A stretch of DNA of 64,000 bases, taken from NCBI RefSeq assembly GCF_020745735.1, contig NW_026869159.1, positions 1 to 64,000 on the forward strand, in the 5' to 3' direction. Origin of the DNA: Hemiscyllium ocellatum. Lineage: Eukaryota. Shown one piece after another: positions 62,481-64,000 of the stretch. Below the pieces are notes generated by a model, which worked only from the letters and a program-made list of their open reading frames with translations, was not told the DNA's origin and ran no database searches. Positions within the stretch are counted from its first letter, which is position 1. The number at the start of each line of letters is the position of its first letter. Both the position numbers and the translations under genes were made by a program.

Positions 62481-64000
62481 CTGAGTACTCATGCATGTTC
62501 ATCTAATTGCACATTTATTAGTGACATGACTATTGAAGAGATTTTGCTTCAAAGCTATGTTCACTTCTGCCATCTTTCAAAACTTTGGTTCTGCTTCGAA
62601 CATTTACTTATTCAATTATCCCAGAACAATCCAAATTTTTCCTGGTCATCAGTGAACTATCACCCTCGCGCTTGTCACAAGTGCTTTATCCGTGAGAATC
62701 TTAATTTCTTTCTCTGTTTTGTCATCAACATTGCTTTGACGTTGCGACCACTGAATGCACCATTCATGGGAATATATCTCGAAAGTGTCAGAACAATTTC
62801 TGCTTGAAAGCAAGACAACGTGATTGCAAGTTATCTGGCTCCAATCCATTCATATCCATTGAAGTTGGGTTTCCACTTCATGGATCTTATTCTTAGCTGC
62901 AGCCTTTGCCGACAGACAGAAGAAATGAACATTTGTCTTCTAACTTCCAAACAAATGCTCAGAACATCATGGATTAAACGATGTTGATGTGACAGATGAG
63001 TTCAGTTTCTCCGCCGCCGAGTCTCTGCTTTAGATACACTTCAGAAAAAAGCAATAAAGACCTTCAATACCAGTTCAGAATGGAAAGTCAAAAATGATCA
63101 ACATTTCTCTTTAGTAAATGCTGGAGATCTGAAATGAAGGAGAAATTTAACACATCCAGCAGCATCTGTGGAGAGTAAATGCTCATTAACATTTCAAGTT
63201 CAGCCTCCCGTATGTATTACTGGAAAATCTGCTTTTCTCTACAAAGATTCTGCCAGACATGACTTTCTTCTCACTTCCAGCCTTCCTGCAGTATTCCTGT
63301 TAGTTTGAAATTTCCGTGGGTAAATCCCCAGCAAAAAGATTTAATAAACCCCACCCCTGTCCATTTTGCAGAGGAATTCATGGCTTGCCACTCCACAATC
63401 AGGATGAATGCGCAAGCACGCTGTTTGCCGTTGCACCCCACCAACAAAAATAACAACCTGTCGTTGTGGCTTGTGTTTGAGACACGCGGCACCACAGCTT
63501 CAGGCTAATTCATTGTCAGTGCGGGACTATGAGTGCCTTATTCGGGTTTTGAGGTCTGTAATCGGTGTTAATAAAAGCTACCCCCTCCCGCCACAACCTC
63601 CAATGTCTTTCCCAAATTCTGCTTTCTTTCACATTTCACGGAGACCAAGTAACCATCACCCTGCAGCAGGTGCGGCCACATTGGACATGCATCTTTCACA
63701 ATGCCTACAGTGCATGATCAAATCGGAATTGCACTGCTCATGATCCTATTGCGACGGTCTGGACATGGACAGGGGAGATTGCAAAATAAAAGAGTACGTT
63801 TTTGAATCCGATTCCACATAACTTCAGGGCATTCGCAGAGCTTGTATTTATTAACACATTTTTCATCAATGATATCTCGGCTTTCAGTCCAATCTCGGAT
63901 ACTGCAATAATAAAATTCTGAAATAATTAAAAAAAACACGTAATAAAGAGAGCGTTTGGGTGGTGTTTGAAATTCGTGGGGTGCCAGAGAAATTGTTAGC

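Noticed and set aside
1-64000. CRISPR arrays, rRNA, genuine tRNA genes, constant-region exons
   Set aside because: None seen. tRNA-like heads belong to SINEs, and no C1-set constant exon was recognisable in the window.

Overview
Eukaryotic, repeat-rich DNA from a cartilaginous fish (inferred from the NAR-TCR cassette, V-SINE/HE1-type SINEs and Penelope/CR1 families). It is part of the V-segment region of a T-cell receptor alpha/delta locus. The main feature is a complete NAR-TCR cassette on the minus strand (58032 to 53692): leader, IgNAR-like V, D, J (RSS arrangement V-21 / 12-D-12 / 23-J), then a leaderless 'supporting' V-delta with a CDR1 cysteine and its own 23-RSS, followed by a tandem array of degenerate RSS-like units. 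The window also holds two intact minus-strand TCR V genes (17.3-17.8 kb, 31.9-33.1 kb), one open but structurally crippled plus-strand V (30.3-30.8 kb) and about six V pseudogenes or fragments. Other content: a 5-6 kb tandem segmental duplication, two GPR139-like GPCR pseudogenes, a C2H2 zinc-finger pseudogene, and Penelope, CR1, L2, Gypsy, SINE and inverted-repeat elements. All calls were made by eye from the sequence; no database searches were run and repeat boundaries are approximate.
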